NCBI GenBank assembly: GCA_963845535.1
Contig: CAWJSK010000004.1
Span: 96,001 to 160,000 of the forward strand
Source of the DNA: an uncultured Spirochaetota bacterium
GTDB lineage: Bacteria > Spirochaetota > Spirochaetia > SZUA-6 > Fen-1364
Direction: 5' to 3'
Length of the DNA stretch: 64,000 nucleotides
Shown here: positions 1 through 9,223 of the stretch, one piece after another
How the letters are laid out: the number at the start of each line of letters is the position of its first letter
Position numbering within the stretch: position 1 is the stretch's first letter
The notes under the pieces: generated by a model
The model's input: only the letters and a program-made list of their open reading frames with translations
Databases searched by the model: none
What the model was told of the DNA's origin: nothing
Program-made: the position numbers and the translations under genes

Positions 1-852
1 CCGCCAGAGCCCGAGAACTACGAGCAGCGGGATCCACCACGTTGCACTCGACCAGAAGAAGAGCGTGTACCCTTTGAGAAACGGCTCCATTCCCGCGAGG
101 AAGGCCCATTCGTGAGCGCTTGCAAGGAGTCTGGCGCCGCTCAGGGTCGTGATGGCGGCGGCGCCCATGGAGATCCAGGTAAGGGGGGAAAGCTCCCCGG
201 GCGCAAGAGGGAAGAATACCAGGCGGTAAAACAGGAGCGTAATGATAATGATGTACAGCATGCCGCCGGCCAGGCTGAAGCAGACGGACAGGAACAGGAG
301 ACCTTCGGCATGTGACGGATAGCCGGCGGTGAGGACCGCGGCAAGGACCGAGACGGATTGCGTGGCAACCACACTGACGAGCCAGCCTCCGTTGATCCCG
401 GACCCCAGCGCGGGTTTCGAGTCGGCTGAAACCACCGCCGCAAAAAACGAATACGTCAGGATGATCCATAAGATCACGCCGAGGACCCACAGCGCAAGAG
501 CAAGCCGATGATTCTCAGTGACCAGCTCCACCTGTGTCCCCAGGACGCATGCGCCTGCCACGGTTGTGAAAAACCCCGGTCCCGTGGCGTGGCCGAAAAG
601 GTCGGCGCGCAAGCGCTGAAAGCTCCCGAACAGCCGAGCGAGGGTGAGAAGCCAGAGAGCCGCGAAAAAAACCTCGTTGAACGCGAGGAGGACACGGGCG
701 ATAACGGGGAAGGAAAGGAGAAAGGCCGCCGTCGAGACGATCCCCGTGGCCATCACGAGCGCGAAGGAGCCGGGGTAGAGATCGCGAGCTGTTTGGGAAA
801 ACAGCCGAGCCGGTCCGACACCGGCAACAGATGGCGCTGCCGCAGTGTGCAT
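1..852 (-). CDS. TDT/SLAC1-family (tellurite resistance/C4-dicarboxylate) transporter, 3' end runs off the window
   Basis: Manual translation from ATG at 852: MHTAAAPSVAG...LYPGSFALVMATGIVSTAAF...EPFLKGYTLFFWSSATWWIPLLVVLGLWR; very hydrophobic; absent from the ORF track, presumably because no stop lies in the window. Confidence 0.8.
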   Translation of the reverse strand, partial: MHTAAAPSVAGVGPARLFSQTARDLYPGSFALVMATGIVSTAAFLLSFPVIARVLLAFNEVFFAALWLLTLARLFGSFQRLRADLFGHATGPGFFTTVAGACVLGTQVELVTENHRLALALWVLGVILWIILTYSFFAAVVSADSKPALGSGINGGWLVSVVATQSVSVLAAVLTAGYPSHAEGLLFLSVCFSLAGGMLYIIIITLLFYRLVFFPLAPGELSPLTWISMGAAAITTLSGARLLASAHEWAFLAGMEPFLKGYTLFFWSSATWWIPLLVVLGLWR

Positions 853-854
853 GT

Positions 855-1436
855 TCACGCTCCCGGCGGGAAAAAGCCGCCCGCCGCCTTTATGTACTCT
901 TCGGGATCATTGATGTTGGCAAGCTCCTCGGGATGATCCGGCTCCACAAGGCAGACGTGTACGTCCCGAAGAAGCTTGAGGGTGTAGCGCCCCTTCGCGC
1001 TTGCCTCCTGGAGCACCGGCAGGATCCGGGGCTCATAAATCGTGCAGACCGGCTCGGGTTGATCAATCTCCGGATTTCGAAAAGCGGTGGCGAAAGCACA
1101 AGGGTCCCGGCGCTCCAGGAGCCGCCGGAGGGTGGCCTCCGAAAGAAAAGGCATGTCCACGGCAACCACAAGCCACGCGGTCAAAGGGTCCTCGCGGAAG
1201 GCGGAAAGTATCCCTGCCAGCGGACCTATTCCCTCCTGATGGTCGGCAAGGAGCCGCAGCCCTGCGAAAGCGGCGTCCTCCATCTGGGCGTTTCGGACCG
1301 AGACGTACGCCGGCGGAGCCAGACGATCGAGCATCGTGGCAACCCTCCTCACCTGGAGCTCTCCTTTGTATATCAGAAGGGCCTTGTCCCGGCCCATGCG
1401 CGTGCTCAATCCGCCGGCAAGAACCAGAGACCGCAT
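855..1436 (-). CDS. mobA: molybdenum cofactor guanylyltransferase
   Basis: LVLAGGLSTRMGRDKALL, GPLAGI, VAVDMPF, NINDPEE motifs. Confidence 0.9.
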   Translation of the reverse strand: MRSLVLAGGLSTRMGRDKALLIYKGELQVRRVATMLDRLAPPAYVSVRNAQMEDAAFAGLRLLADHQEGIGPLAGILSAFREDPLTAWLVVAVDMPFLSEATLRRLLERRDPCAFATAFRNPEIDQPEPVCTIYEPRILPVLQEASAKGRYTLKLLRDVHVCLVEPDHPEELANINDPEEYIKAAGGFFPPGA

Positions 1437-1567
1437 TGCCCCGCCTCAATCACGCATGCCGTCTGATATGGAATCTATAAAAGGACACTCCCGCAGTCAC
1501 CCTTTTCTTTTGCTTTTCCGCCTGCTCCCGTTTTTGATTATGTTGAACCCGAGGCAGGGCAGCAATA

Positions 1568-2191
1568 GTGACAGAAGAACGCGGTCCAATCAGGGCGCTT
1601 TTTCTCGACATCGGGGGGGTGCTCCTCTCCAATGGATGGGGACAGGTGGCGCGTCAGAGGGCCGCTGAAGCGTTCAGTCTCGACTTCGAAGAGATGAACG
1701 AACGCCATCACCTCACCTTTGATACGTACGAAGAGGGAAAGCTCAGTCTCGACGAATACCTCAACCGAGTGGTGTTCTACAAGGAACGTCCCTACACCCG
1801 GGAAGAGTTCAAGACCTTCATGTACGCTCAGACCTTTGCGTACCCGCACACCATCGGTCTTGTTCGGAAGCTGAAAGCGCGTTATGGGCTGAAAGTGGCG
1901 GTGGTGAGCAACGAAGGCCGCGAGCTTACCGAGTATCGCATCCGAACTTTCAAGCTCGGGGAGTTCGTGGATTTCTTCGTCGTTTCCTCCTTCGTGCACA
2001 TCAGGAAGCCGGATGCGGACATCTTCCGCGTTGCCCTCGACATTGCCCAGGTCCCCGCGCAGCAGGTGGCGTACGTCGAGGACCGGCTCATGTTCGTGGA
2101 GGTGGCGGAACGACTGGGCATCCTGGGCGTCTACCACGTGGATTTCAAGGCAACCAGCGCGGCACTCGCGCGCGCTGGGCTCACGCCATGA
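1568..2191 (+). CDS. HAD-family phosphatase/hydrolase
   Basis: FLDIGGVLL, VVSN, RKPDADIF, YVEDR motifs. Confidence 0.85.
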   Translation: MTEERGPIRALFLDIGGVLLSNGWGQVARQRAAEAFSLDFEEMNERHHLTFDTYEEGKLSLDEYLNRVVFYKERPYTREEFKTFMYAQTFAYPHTIGLVRKLKARYGLKVAVVSNEGRELTEYRIRTFKLGEFVDFFVVSSFVHIRKPDADIFRVALDIAQVPAQQVAYVEDRLMFVEVAERLGILGVYHVDFKATSAALARAGLTP

Positions 2192-2324
2192 GCGGCGCAC
2201 GGGCTTCTCATTTCCGCCTGCCGGCGGGCCTGCGCGTCAAAGGCAGTGCCAGCGAATCGCGGAGTATCTCAATAGCCTACGGCAGCCAGGCGATTCAATT
2301 CTTCACGCGCGGGAGCACCCCGTC

Positions 2325-3089
2325 ATGAAACGGACCGCGCGGCGCGTGAGCCCTCTTTCACGGCAGGCCACAGAGGCAGCTCACTGCACCTATGACGTGA
2401 AGCTGCGGATCCTGCGTCAGCTCCCGTTCCTCGTTGACCTCGCCGATTCCGATATCGAGAAGCTCAGCGGCTTCTTCCATGACCTGGGGTACGCTCCGGG
2501 AAAACCCGTGTACCTTGCCGGCGAGCCTGCTTCCCGGCTTTTCGCGGTTGCTGAGGGAAAAGTGAAGCTCGTTCGCGCGGGCGTTGACGGCCAGAGCCTC
2601 CTCGTCGACATGCTCGGCGACGGTGATTTTTTCGGGAGCCTCGAGCATCTCGGGGAGGATCGCTATTCCGACGGCGCCATCGCGCACGTGCAATCCTGTG
2701 TTCTGGCAATCAGCGCACAGGACTTCACTTCGCTCCTTGTGCAATTCCCGCCCGTCTCTCTGCGGTTGGTCGGCATCCTGGCCGAGCGACTGCGCCGGGC
2801 GCACGAGAAGCTGCAGATGCTGAGCGGGCTTTCCGTGGAAGGCCGGATCGCTATCGTGCTCCTGAGGCTGGCCGGGAGGTTCGGCGAGCAGCAGCGCCTG
2901 GGGACTCTCATCCAGCTGCCGCTTTCCCGCGAGGAGCTCGGTGAGATGGCAGGGACCACCACGGAAAGCGCAAGCAGGGCGGTAAGCCGCTTCTCGCGGG
3001 ACGGCATGATCCGTAGCGGCCGACGATGGGTGGCCGTCGTTGATCCTGATCGTCTTTCATCGATTTCGGAATCTCCTGCGGATATTTGA
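2325..3089 (+). CDS. Crp/Fnr-family transcriptional regulator with FNR-type ExxSR recognition helix
   Basis: cNMP-binding-like domain (GKVKL...GDFFG) and HTH LSREELGEMAGTTTESASRAVS; start placed at ATG 2325 downstream of GGGAG. Confidence 0.85.
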   Translation: MKRTARRVSPLSRQATEAAHCTYDVKLRILRQLPFLVDLADSDIEKLSGFFHDLGYAPGKPVYLAGEPASRLFAVAEGKVKLVRAGVDGQSLLVDMLGDGDFFGSLEHLGEDRYSDGAIAHVQSCVLAISAQDFTSLLVQFPPVSLRLVGILAERLRRAHEKLQMLSGLSVEGRIAIVLLRLAGRFGEQQRLGTLIQLPLSREELGEMAGTTTESASRAVSRFSRDGMIRSGRRWVAVVDPDRLSSISESPADI

Positions 3090-3099
3090 CGCGCATCAA
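3086..3099 (+). promoter_or_regulatory. FNR-type operator TTGAC-GCGC-ATCAA
   Basis: 9/10 match to TTGAT-N4-ATCAA, about 50 nt upstream of the HMA gene. Confidence 0.7.
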
Positions 3100-3148
3100 G
3101 GTTCTTTTCCTCCCACGGCCCTACCTTTGAACTTGATCGGAGGAAAAC

Positions 3149-3364
3149 ATGAAGACGATTCTCAGAAGCAGCGAGCTTTCCTGCCCGTCGTGCGTTGCGA
3201 AGATCGAAAAGGCGCTGAAGTCGGTGCCCGGAGTCACGGAGGCGCGCGTGCACTTTGAAACCGCCCGCATCGACGTGGACCATGATGCCGCCACGGCGCC
3301 GGTGGACAAGCTGCTGAAAGCAGTCCAATCGGCAGGCTATGATGCCAGGCCCTCGACGCTGTAG
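3149..3364 (+). CDS. heavy-metal-associated (CopZ-like) metallochaperone
   Basis: 71 aa, LSCPSCVAKIEKAL motif, GGAGGA RBS. Confidence 0.9.
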   Translation: MKTILRSSELSCPSCVAKIEKALKSVPGVTEARVHFETARIDVDHDAATAPVDKLLKAVQSAGYDARPSTL

Positions 3365-5336
3365 TCCGCTCCTGCTGCTTCGAAATCCCGGCAGCAGGCG
3401 CCTTTTCCTGATGCTCGCAAGCGGTGCGTTGATTGCCGCATCCCTTGCCGCGGCGCGGTTTCCGGCCGGCGGTCGGCTATCAAGCATCCTCATGGGGGCA
3501 GCCGCGGCAACAGCGGGACTCGACATCGCCGCGCGAGCGTGGAGAAGCCTGCGCGCGCGATCCATCGGCATCGAGCTTCTCGTCACAATCGCCGCCGCAG
3601 GGGCGATCGTTCTGGGAGAGTACTGGGAAGCCGCGGCGGTGACTTTTCTCTTTCTCTTCGGCGCATACCTTGAAGCGTGGACGCTCCGTCGAACCCGCGG
3701 AGTGCTGCGGCAGCTCCTGGATCTTGCTCCCCTGACCGCAACGGTGCTGAGAGATGGGAGGGAGATGAAAGCCCGTCCCGAAGAGGTGCATCCCGGAGAA
3801 AGCATCCTTGTCCGTCCGGGTGAGCGGATTTCCGTTGACGGAGAGATCGTTCTTGGATCCTCCGCCGTCAACGAAAGCTCGATCACCGGGGAGCCTGTTC
3901 CCGTGGACAAGGCAGAGGGAGACTCTGTCTTCGCCGGAACGCTCAACACGGACGGGCTGCTCACCGTCCGGGCAACCCGGGTCGGCGCGGACACGACTCT
4001 TGCCCGCATTGTCCACCGGGTGGAGGAGGCGCAGGAGGCGCGGGCACCGACGCAGAAGTTCATCGACAGGTTTGCCCGTTGGTACACCCCTGCCATCATC
4101 GCGGCGAGTGTGGTGCTTTTCATCATTACGCGGCGAATTGAGCTGGCGCTGACCATGCTCGTCATTTCCTGCCCTGGCGCGCTGGTCGTCTCCACGCCCG
4201 TCGCGGTTGTTGCCGGGATTGGCAGGGCCGCGCGCGAAGGCATCCTGATCAGGGGCGGGGAATACCTGGAGCGCGCCGGAAAAATCACTGCCTTGGCGCT
4301 GGACAAGACGGGCACCGTAACGAAGGCCGAACCCCGGCTTGCCGACATCCTGACCCTGGGGCAGTTGCCGCCCGCGCCGGTGGTGAACGGCGCTCCTGCC
4401 GAACAAAGGCTGCTCTTATGGGCGGCCGTTGCCGAATCCGGCTCGGAGCATCCCCTGGCCAGACCTCTGGTTGAGGCGGCTGAGCAGGTGGCGGCGCGCG
4501 GCCTCGGAAGACCTCCTGGCAGCGTCTCTGCCGGGATGATTCCACGTCCTGAGCTCTTCGAAGCCCATCCCGGCAATGGGGTTGTGGCGGGATACGAGAG
4601 TCATAGGATCGTTGTGGGAAGCACGAGGTTCCTCGAGAGCCTGGGAATACCGGTCCCGGCCGCTGATAAGGATCGCATCGATGCTCTCAGGCGCGCCGGC
4701 AGGACCGTGATCCTCCTCGGCCTTGATCAGCGCCTTGGAGGCGCATTCGGCATCACCGACACGGTGCGCGCCGCGGCTCGATCAGCCGTGGATGACCTCC
4801 GCAAGATCGGGGTCAGGAGGATCGCACTGCTCACGGGAGATGATCCTGCGAGCGCCGCCGATGTGGCAAAAGCCGTCGGAATCACGGAAGTGCGCGCGGG
4901 GATGCTGCCCGAGCAGAAGCTCGAATACATCCGCATGCTGAAGGCCGAGGGCGAGGTGGCCGCCATGGCGGGAGACGGAGTCAATGACGCCCCCGCGCTC
5001 GCTGCCGCGGACATCGGCATCGCCATGGCCGCAGCAGGCAGCGGCGTGGCCATCGAGACCGCTGACGTGGCTCTCATGACGGACGACCTGTCGAAAATAC
5101 CCATGACCATCCTGCTTTCGCGCAGAACGCTGAAAGTGATCCGGCAGAACCTGGCAATCGCGCTGGTCGCCGTCAGCGCACTGATCGCGGGGGTCGCCGT
5201 GGGGCGCGTGGACATGGCCGCCGGCATGCTCTTCCACGAGGCTTCCGTCCTCATCGTCATCCTCAATGCAATGCGTCTGCTCGGCGCGCCGGCCAGGAAG
5301 CTCCAGGATCAAAGAGATCGATATATTTTTCCGTGA
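3339..5336 (+). CDS. P1B-type heavy-metal ATPase, P1B-4-like
   Basis: ITGE, ISCPGAL, DKTGT, SEHP, GDGVNDAP, FHEAS; no N-terminal metal-binding domain; start uncertain (3339 or 3411). Confidence 0.9.
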   Translation: MMPGPRRCSPLLLLRNPGSRRLFLMLASGALIAASLAAARFPAGGRLSSILMGAAAATAGLDIAARAWRSLRARSIGIELLVTIAAAGAIVLGEYWEAAAVTFLFLFGAYLEAWTLRRTRGVLRQLLDLAPLTATVLRDGREMKARPEEVHPGESILVRPGERISVDGEIVLGSSAVNESSITGEPVPVDKAEGDSVFAGTLNTDGLLTVRATRVGADTTLARIVHRVEEAQEARAPTQKFIDRFARWYTPAIIAASVVLFIITRRIELALTMLVISCPGALVVSTPVAVVAGIGRAAREGILIRGGEYLERAGKITALALDKTGTVTKAEPRLADILTLGQLPPAPVVNGAPAEQRLLLWAAVAESGSEHPLARPLVEAAEQVAARGLGRPPGSVSAGMIPRPELFEAHPGNGVVAGYESHRIVVGSTRFLESLGIPVPAADKDRIDALRRAGRTVILLGLDQRLGGAFGITDTVRAAARSAVDDLRKIGVRRIALLTGDDPASAADVAKAVGITEVRAGMLPEQKLEYIRMLKAEGEVAAMAGDGVNDAPALAAADIGIAMAAAGSGVAIETADVALMTDDLSKIPMTILLSRRTLKVIRQNLAIALVAVSALIAGVAVGRVDMAAGMLFHEASVLIVILNAMRLLGAPARKLQDQRDRYIFP

Positions 5337-5351
5337 GGGAAGGAGACTGGA

Positions 5352-5573
5352 ATGAAGGTCAGCATTGACCGTGAAGAGTGCACGAGCTGCGCCCTTTGCT
5401 GGTCTGATTGTCCCGATGTCTTCGAGGAGGATCCAAAGGACGGCTTGAGCAGGATCGTGGAAAAGCTGCGGATTGCCGGTGACATGGCGCGCGGCGAGGC
5501 CCCGGAACCCTTGCGCTCCGCCGCGCAGGCGGCCGCTGACGGGTGTCCTGTCTCGATCATCCATGTCGAGTAG
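5352..5573 (+). CDS. ferredoxin
   Basis: CTSCALCWSDCP...GCPV, AAGGAG RBS. Confidence 0.85.
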   Translation: MKVSIDREECTSCALCWSDCPDVFEEDPKDGLSRIVEKLRIAGDMARGEAPEPLRSAAQAAADGCPVSIIHVE

Positions 5574-5585
5574 CGCCGCGGCAGC

Positions 5586-6593
5586 GTGAGCGCCCTGACG
5601 GTATTCAGCGGCATCCAGCCCACCGGCAGCCTGACCCTGGGAAACTACCTTGGCGCAATCCGCCCGTGGGTCGATCTGCAGCGGCGGGAAGACTGCGTCT
5701 TCTCCATCGTCGACCTTCATGCCCTCACCGTGGCGCGGGAGCCCGCGGCGCTTCACCGACGGTGTCTGGACTTCGCCTGTCTCTGTATTGCTTGCGGTCT
5801 GGATCCGCGCGCGTGTATCCTGTTCCTCCAATCGCAGGTGCCGGCCCATGCAGAGCTGGCCTGGCTCCTGGGATGCTTCACGCGCATGGGTGAGCTTCAG
5901 CGGATGACCCAGTACAAGGAAAAGGCGCGGGCAAGCGCCACGCTCCTCAACGTCGGCCTCTTTACCTACCCCGTGCTCATGGCAGCCGACATCCTGCTCT
6001 ATGATGCCGAGCTCGTGCCCGTGGGTGATGACCAGAGACAGCACGTGGAGCTTGCTCGGGAGATTGCGGAGCGCTTCAATCACGCCTTCGGCCCGGTCTT
6101 CACGGTGCCGCAAGCGTTGATCGGCAAGGCGGGAGCGCGGATCCGAAGCCTCGCTGACCCCGCGCGAAAGATGTCGAAGACGGATGAGGACCCTCGAGGC
6201 TACGTGGCCCTTCTTGACCCGCCGGAGACTGTTCGCGGCAAGGTCCGGGCCGCGGTCACCGGAAGCGGACGAGGGTTCGGAGGGGAGGACACTTCTCCGG
6301 GAGTCGAGAACCTGGTTTCCATCATGGCCGCCCTGCGCGGGCTCACCCCTCAGGAGGTAGCCTCCGCGTTCGAAGGTCGCGGATACGCCGAGCTCAAGGA
6401 GGAGCTGTCGGAAACGATCAACGCCTTGCTTGCGCCGATCCAGGGCCGGTACGAGGAGCTGCGGGCGGATGAACCGGGGATACGCCTGATCCTCCAGGAA
6501 GGCGCGGGAAAGGCCAGCGCCCGAGCATCCTCGACGCTCAGGCGCGTCTATGAAGCGGTCGGGCTCGTGGGCAGGACCTCGCACTCAACCTGA
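5586..6593 (+). CDS. trpS: tryptophanyl-tRNA synthetase
   Basis: SGIQPTG, TLGN, YPVLMAADILLY, VPVGDDQRQH, KMSKT. Confidence 0.95.
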   Translation: MSALTVFSGIQPTGSLTLGNYLGAIRPWVDLQRREDCVFSIVDLHALTVAREPAALHRRCLDFACLCIACGLDPRACILFLQSQVPAHAELAWLLGCFTRMGELQRMTQYKEKARASATLLNVGLFTYPVLMAADILLYDAELVPVGDDQRQHVELAREIAERFNHAFGPVFTVPQALIGKAGARIRSLADPARKMSKTDEDPRGYVALLDPPETVRGKVRAAVTGSGRGFGGEDTSPGVENLVSIMAALRGLTPQEVASAFEGRGYAELKEELSETINALLAPIQGRYEELRADEPGIRLILQEGAGKASARASSTLRRVYEAVGLVGRTSHST

Positions 6594-6666
6594 CGCGCGC
6601 GCCGGATTTTCTGCCCGGGCGCTGAGGATCAGCTTTCGAAGCCGGCAGGCGGCACGCAAAGAAAGA

Positions 6667-7107
6667 TCAGGCGAGCGTAACCGCTCCCACCTCGTACGCC
6701 GTTCCGCCGGCGGCTACAGTCTGGCCAATGAAACAGTGGTCTCGGGCCTCGATTGCGGCGGCTTGATACTCTTCCTGGCGGGCGGCGTCCGCACCGCGGA
6801 ACACGGGGCTCACGATGATGCGGGCGTACGTGTCATGTTGCGGGAAGCCGGTGACCACCCCTTCGGTTCTCACTGATATCTCGTTGTATGGCAGCCGTCG
6901 TTTCTGCAGGTAGGCAAGAAGGGTGAGGGAGTAGCAGGCCGTGACCGCGCTGATCAAGAGCGTCTCGGGGCTTGCCCCCGCTCCCTTGCCTCCCATGGAG
7001 GCCGGAGCTGAAAAGCGAACCGACTGGCCGTCCACGGAAATGACTCCTTCGCGATCTTTGCCGGTCCCCCGGGCTGTAGCGTCGATGAAGAAGCTGAGAT
7101 CCGCCAT
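6667..7107 (-). CDS. OsmC/Ohr-family protein
   Basis: GGKGAGASPETLLISAVTACY and HCFI conserved Cys pair; GGAGG RBS. Confidence 0.85.
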   Translation of the reverse strand: MADLSFFIDATARGTGKDREGVISVDGQSVRFSAPASMGGKGAGASPETLLISAVTACYSLTLLAYLQKRRLPYNEISVRTEGVVTGFPQHDTYARIIVSPVFRGADAARQEEYQAAAIEARDHCFIGQTVAAGGTAYEVGAVTLA

Positions 7108-7177
7108 GACATCCTCCCGTCATTCAAAGTAGCGGCATTGGGTTCTTCCGGCAAACGCCGCCTTTGTCAGTCGGGAT

Positions 7178-7879
7178 CTACTTCTGGATGTCTTCGGCAA
7201 TAATGACAAGGTCGTTAGGATTGCGGATGACCACGCGCCCGCGGCCGGCGTCCAGGATCCCCCGGCGCTCCCATTCGCTCAGGAGCCGGCTCACCGTGAA
7301 GAGCGTGGTTCCGGTCATCTCCGCGACTTCCTGGCGGGACAGGGGCAGATCGATGAGAAGGCCCTCTTTCACCTTGCGGCCGGCCTGCGCTGCCAGGCGC
7401 ATCAGGGCGCGTGCAACTCTCCGCTCCACCCTCTCGGTAGCCAGCTCACGAAACCGATTCTGCATCTCCAGCAAGTGGGCAAACATCAGCTCGGTCATCT
7501 TCAGCCCGAGGGCGGGATCCTTGCGCGCAAGCGCGAGGAGAAACTCTCCTTTCCAGTACAGGCCGACGCTGGGCTCCATGGCCTCCGCTGATACTGGATA
7601 GGGCGCCTTGCCCCCGAGAACGGCCACGCCTCCGAAAAGCTGCCCGGGAACTATGATTCGCATGGTCACCTGCTGGCCGTCTACGGTCAGCTGGCCCATC
7701 TTCACCCGTCCGATTGCGAGGAGATACAGGTATTCGGCGGTATCTTCTTGATGAAAAAAGAACGCCCCTTTTTCCGCGGGGCGTTCCCTATAGCCTGCGC
7801 ACACCTCGCTGAGAGTTGCCGGGAGGAGCCCCAAGAAGAACTCCGTCTGGAGGACGAGCTTGTTGTAGTCTTTCGCCAC
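7178..7879 (-). CDS. Crp/Fnr-family regulator, NnrR/Dnr-like
   Basis: HTH LSRQEVAEMTGTTLFTVSRLLS resembles the NnrR TLHTVSR helix; no Cys cluster. Confidence 0.85.
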   Translation of the reverse strand: MAKDYNKLVLQTEFFLGLLPATLSEVCAGYRERPAEKGAFFFHQEDTAEYLYLLAIGRVKMGQLTVDGQQVTMRIIVPGQLFGGVAVLGGKAPYPVSAEAMEPSVGLYWKGEFLLALARKDPALGLKMTELMFAHLLEMQNRFRELATERVERRVARALMRLAAQAGRKVKEGLLIDLPLSRQEVAEMTGTTLFTVSRLLSEWERRGILDAGRGRVVIRNPNDLVIIAEDIQK

Positions 7880-7938
7880 CAGCGCCAGTGTAGCCTGAAA
7901 TCAGGGGGATGATCGACTCTCCGGCACCCGAGCCTCGT

Positions 7939-9223
7939 CTATGAAAGCTCCTGCGAGATGGAAATGGCCGCGATGGTGCCGTCCGCCGTGGCCGTGGTTA
8001 TCTGCCGGTAGGGCTTTGCCCGAACGTCGCCAACGGCATAGACGCCGGACAGGTTCGTGCGCATCTTCTCATCGGTGACCAGGTACCCGGCCGGGTCCCG
8101 CTGAAGCTCGCCGTGAGACGGCAGGACGTTCGGGATGAACCCCACGAAGACGAACACCCCGTTCGAGCGAAGCCCTTTGACGGAATGATCGCGCAGGTTC
8201 TCCACGGTCACCTCCATGTCCATGTCCCCGTGCCTGATGAAGGCGCGCGGCTCGTGCTCGAAGAGAAAGTCGATGCGCGGGTTCTCGAAAGCCTGCTTCT
8301 GCGCCTCTTTGTTGGCCTGCAGATTCGCGAACTGGTGCACCAGCGTGAGCTTACGCGCAAAGCGCGCAATGAAAAGCGACTCTTCCACCGCGGAGTTGCC
8401 CCCTCCTATGACCACCACGTCCTTTCCCTCGAAGAACTTCGCGTCACAGGTGGCGCAGTAGGAGATGCCGCGGCCCCGGTGCTCTTTCTCCCCGGGAACT
8501 CCAAGCGGCCGGGGGGTGGAACCCGTGGCAAGAATGACCGCGCGGGCCCGGATCGTTTCATAGCCGTCAAGGAGCATCGTCTTCCGCTCGAGGTCCAAGC
8601 CGGCCACGTCCGCCGCGGCGCGAAAGGTGACGCCGGCCTTCTTTGCCTGCTCGGTCATGAAATGGGAAAGCATGTAACCGTTCAACGCATCAGGAAACCC
8701 CGGGTAGTTGGAGACCTGGTGCGTGGTGGCCACGAACCCTCCGGGGAGGGCCGTGTCTACGATCACGGTCTTCAGGTGCGCCTGCGCAAGGTAGATGCCG
8801 GCGGTCAAGCCGGCAGGGCCGCCGCCCAGGATGAGCGCGTCCCACTCCGTGGTGATGGGGGTGATCTTCCTGCGAAGCTCTTGGACCCGGCTGGGAGGAA
8901 GCATCTGATCCAGCCGATCTGCGATCTCTGAGCGATGGATTCCTCCCGTCAGCAGACCGTCAAGCTGCTTCCCGTTGTCATAGAACAGAAGCGTCGGTGA
9001 GCTTGCCACCCCCAGGGCTTCCGCGAGCTTTTTGTTTCCCTGTCGGAAAATCTTCAAGAAGCGCACGTCCTCCCCGTAGATGCCCGGCAAGCCCTTCGTA
9101 TTTTGCGGCCAGCGCCTCGCACGGAGGACACTCGGTGGAGTAGAAGTCCAGAACGACCTTGCCTCCCGCAATCACTTCGCTGTCATACTGGTCTGCCGCT
9201 ATCTCATGAATCAGTCCCGCCAT
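7939..9223 (-). CDS. trxB: thioredoxin-thioredoxin reductase fusion, interrupted by a +1 frameshift near 9085 (probably a sequencing indel)
   Basis: Frame 1 gives MAGLIHE...FYSTECPPCEALAAKYEGLA; frame 2 continues GIYGEDVRFLKIFRQ...GGGPAG...SYCATCD...GGGNSA...GDV. Confidence 0.85.

Noticed and set aside
1440..1567. Possible Moco riboswitch or FNR site upstream of mobA
   Set aside because: No recognisable riboswitch core; TTGAT-N4-TTGAA is only a partial match
5630..5650. TLGN instead of HIGH in TrpRS
   Set aside because: A normal variant in bacterial TrpRS
7895..7906. CCTGA-AA-TCAGG palindrome upstream of the NnrR-like gene
   Set aside because: The 2-nt spacer does not fit Flp/FNR geometry; too short to support alone
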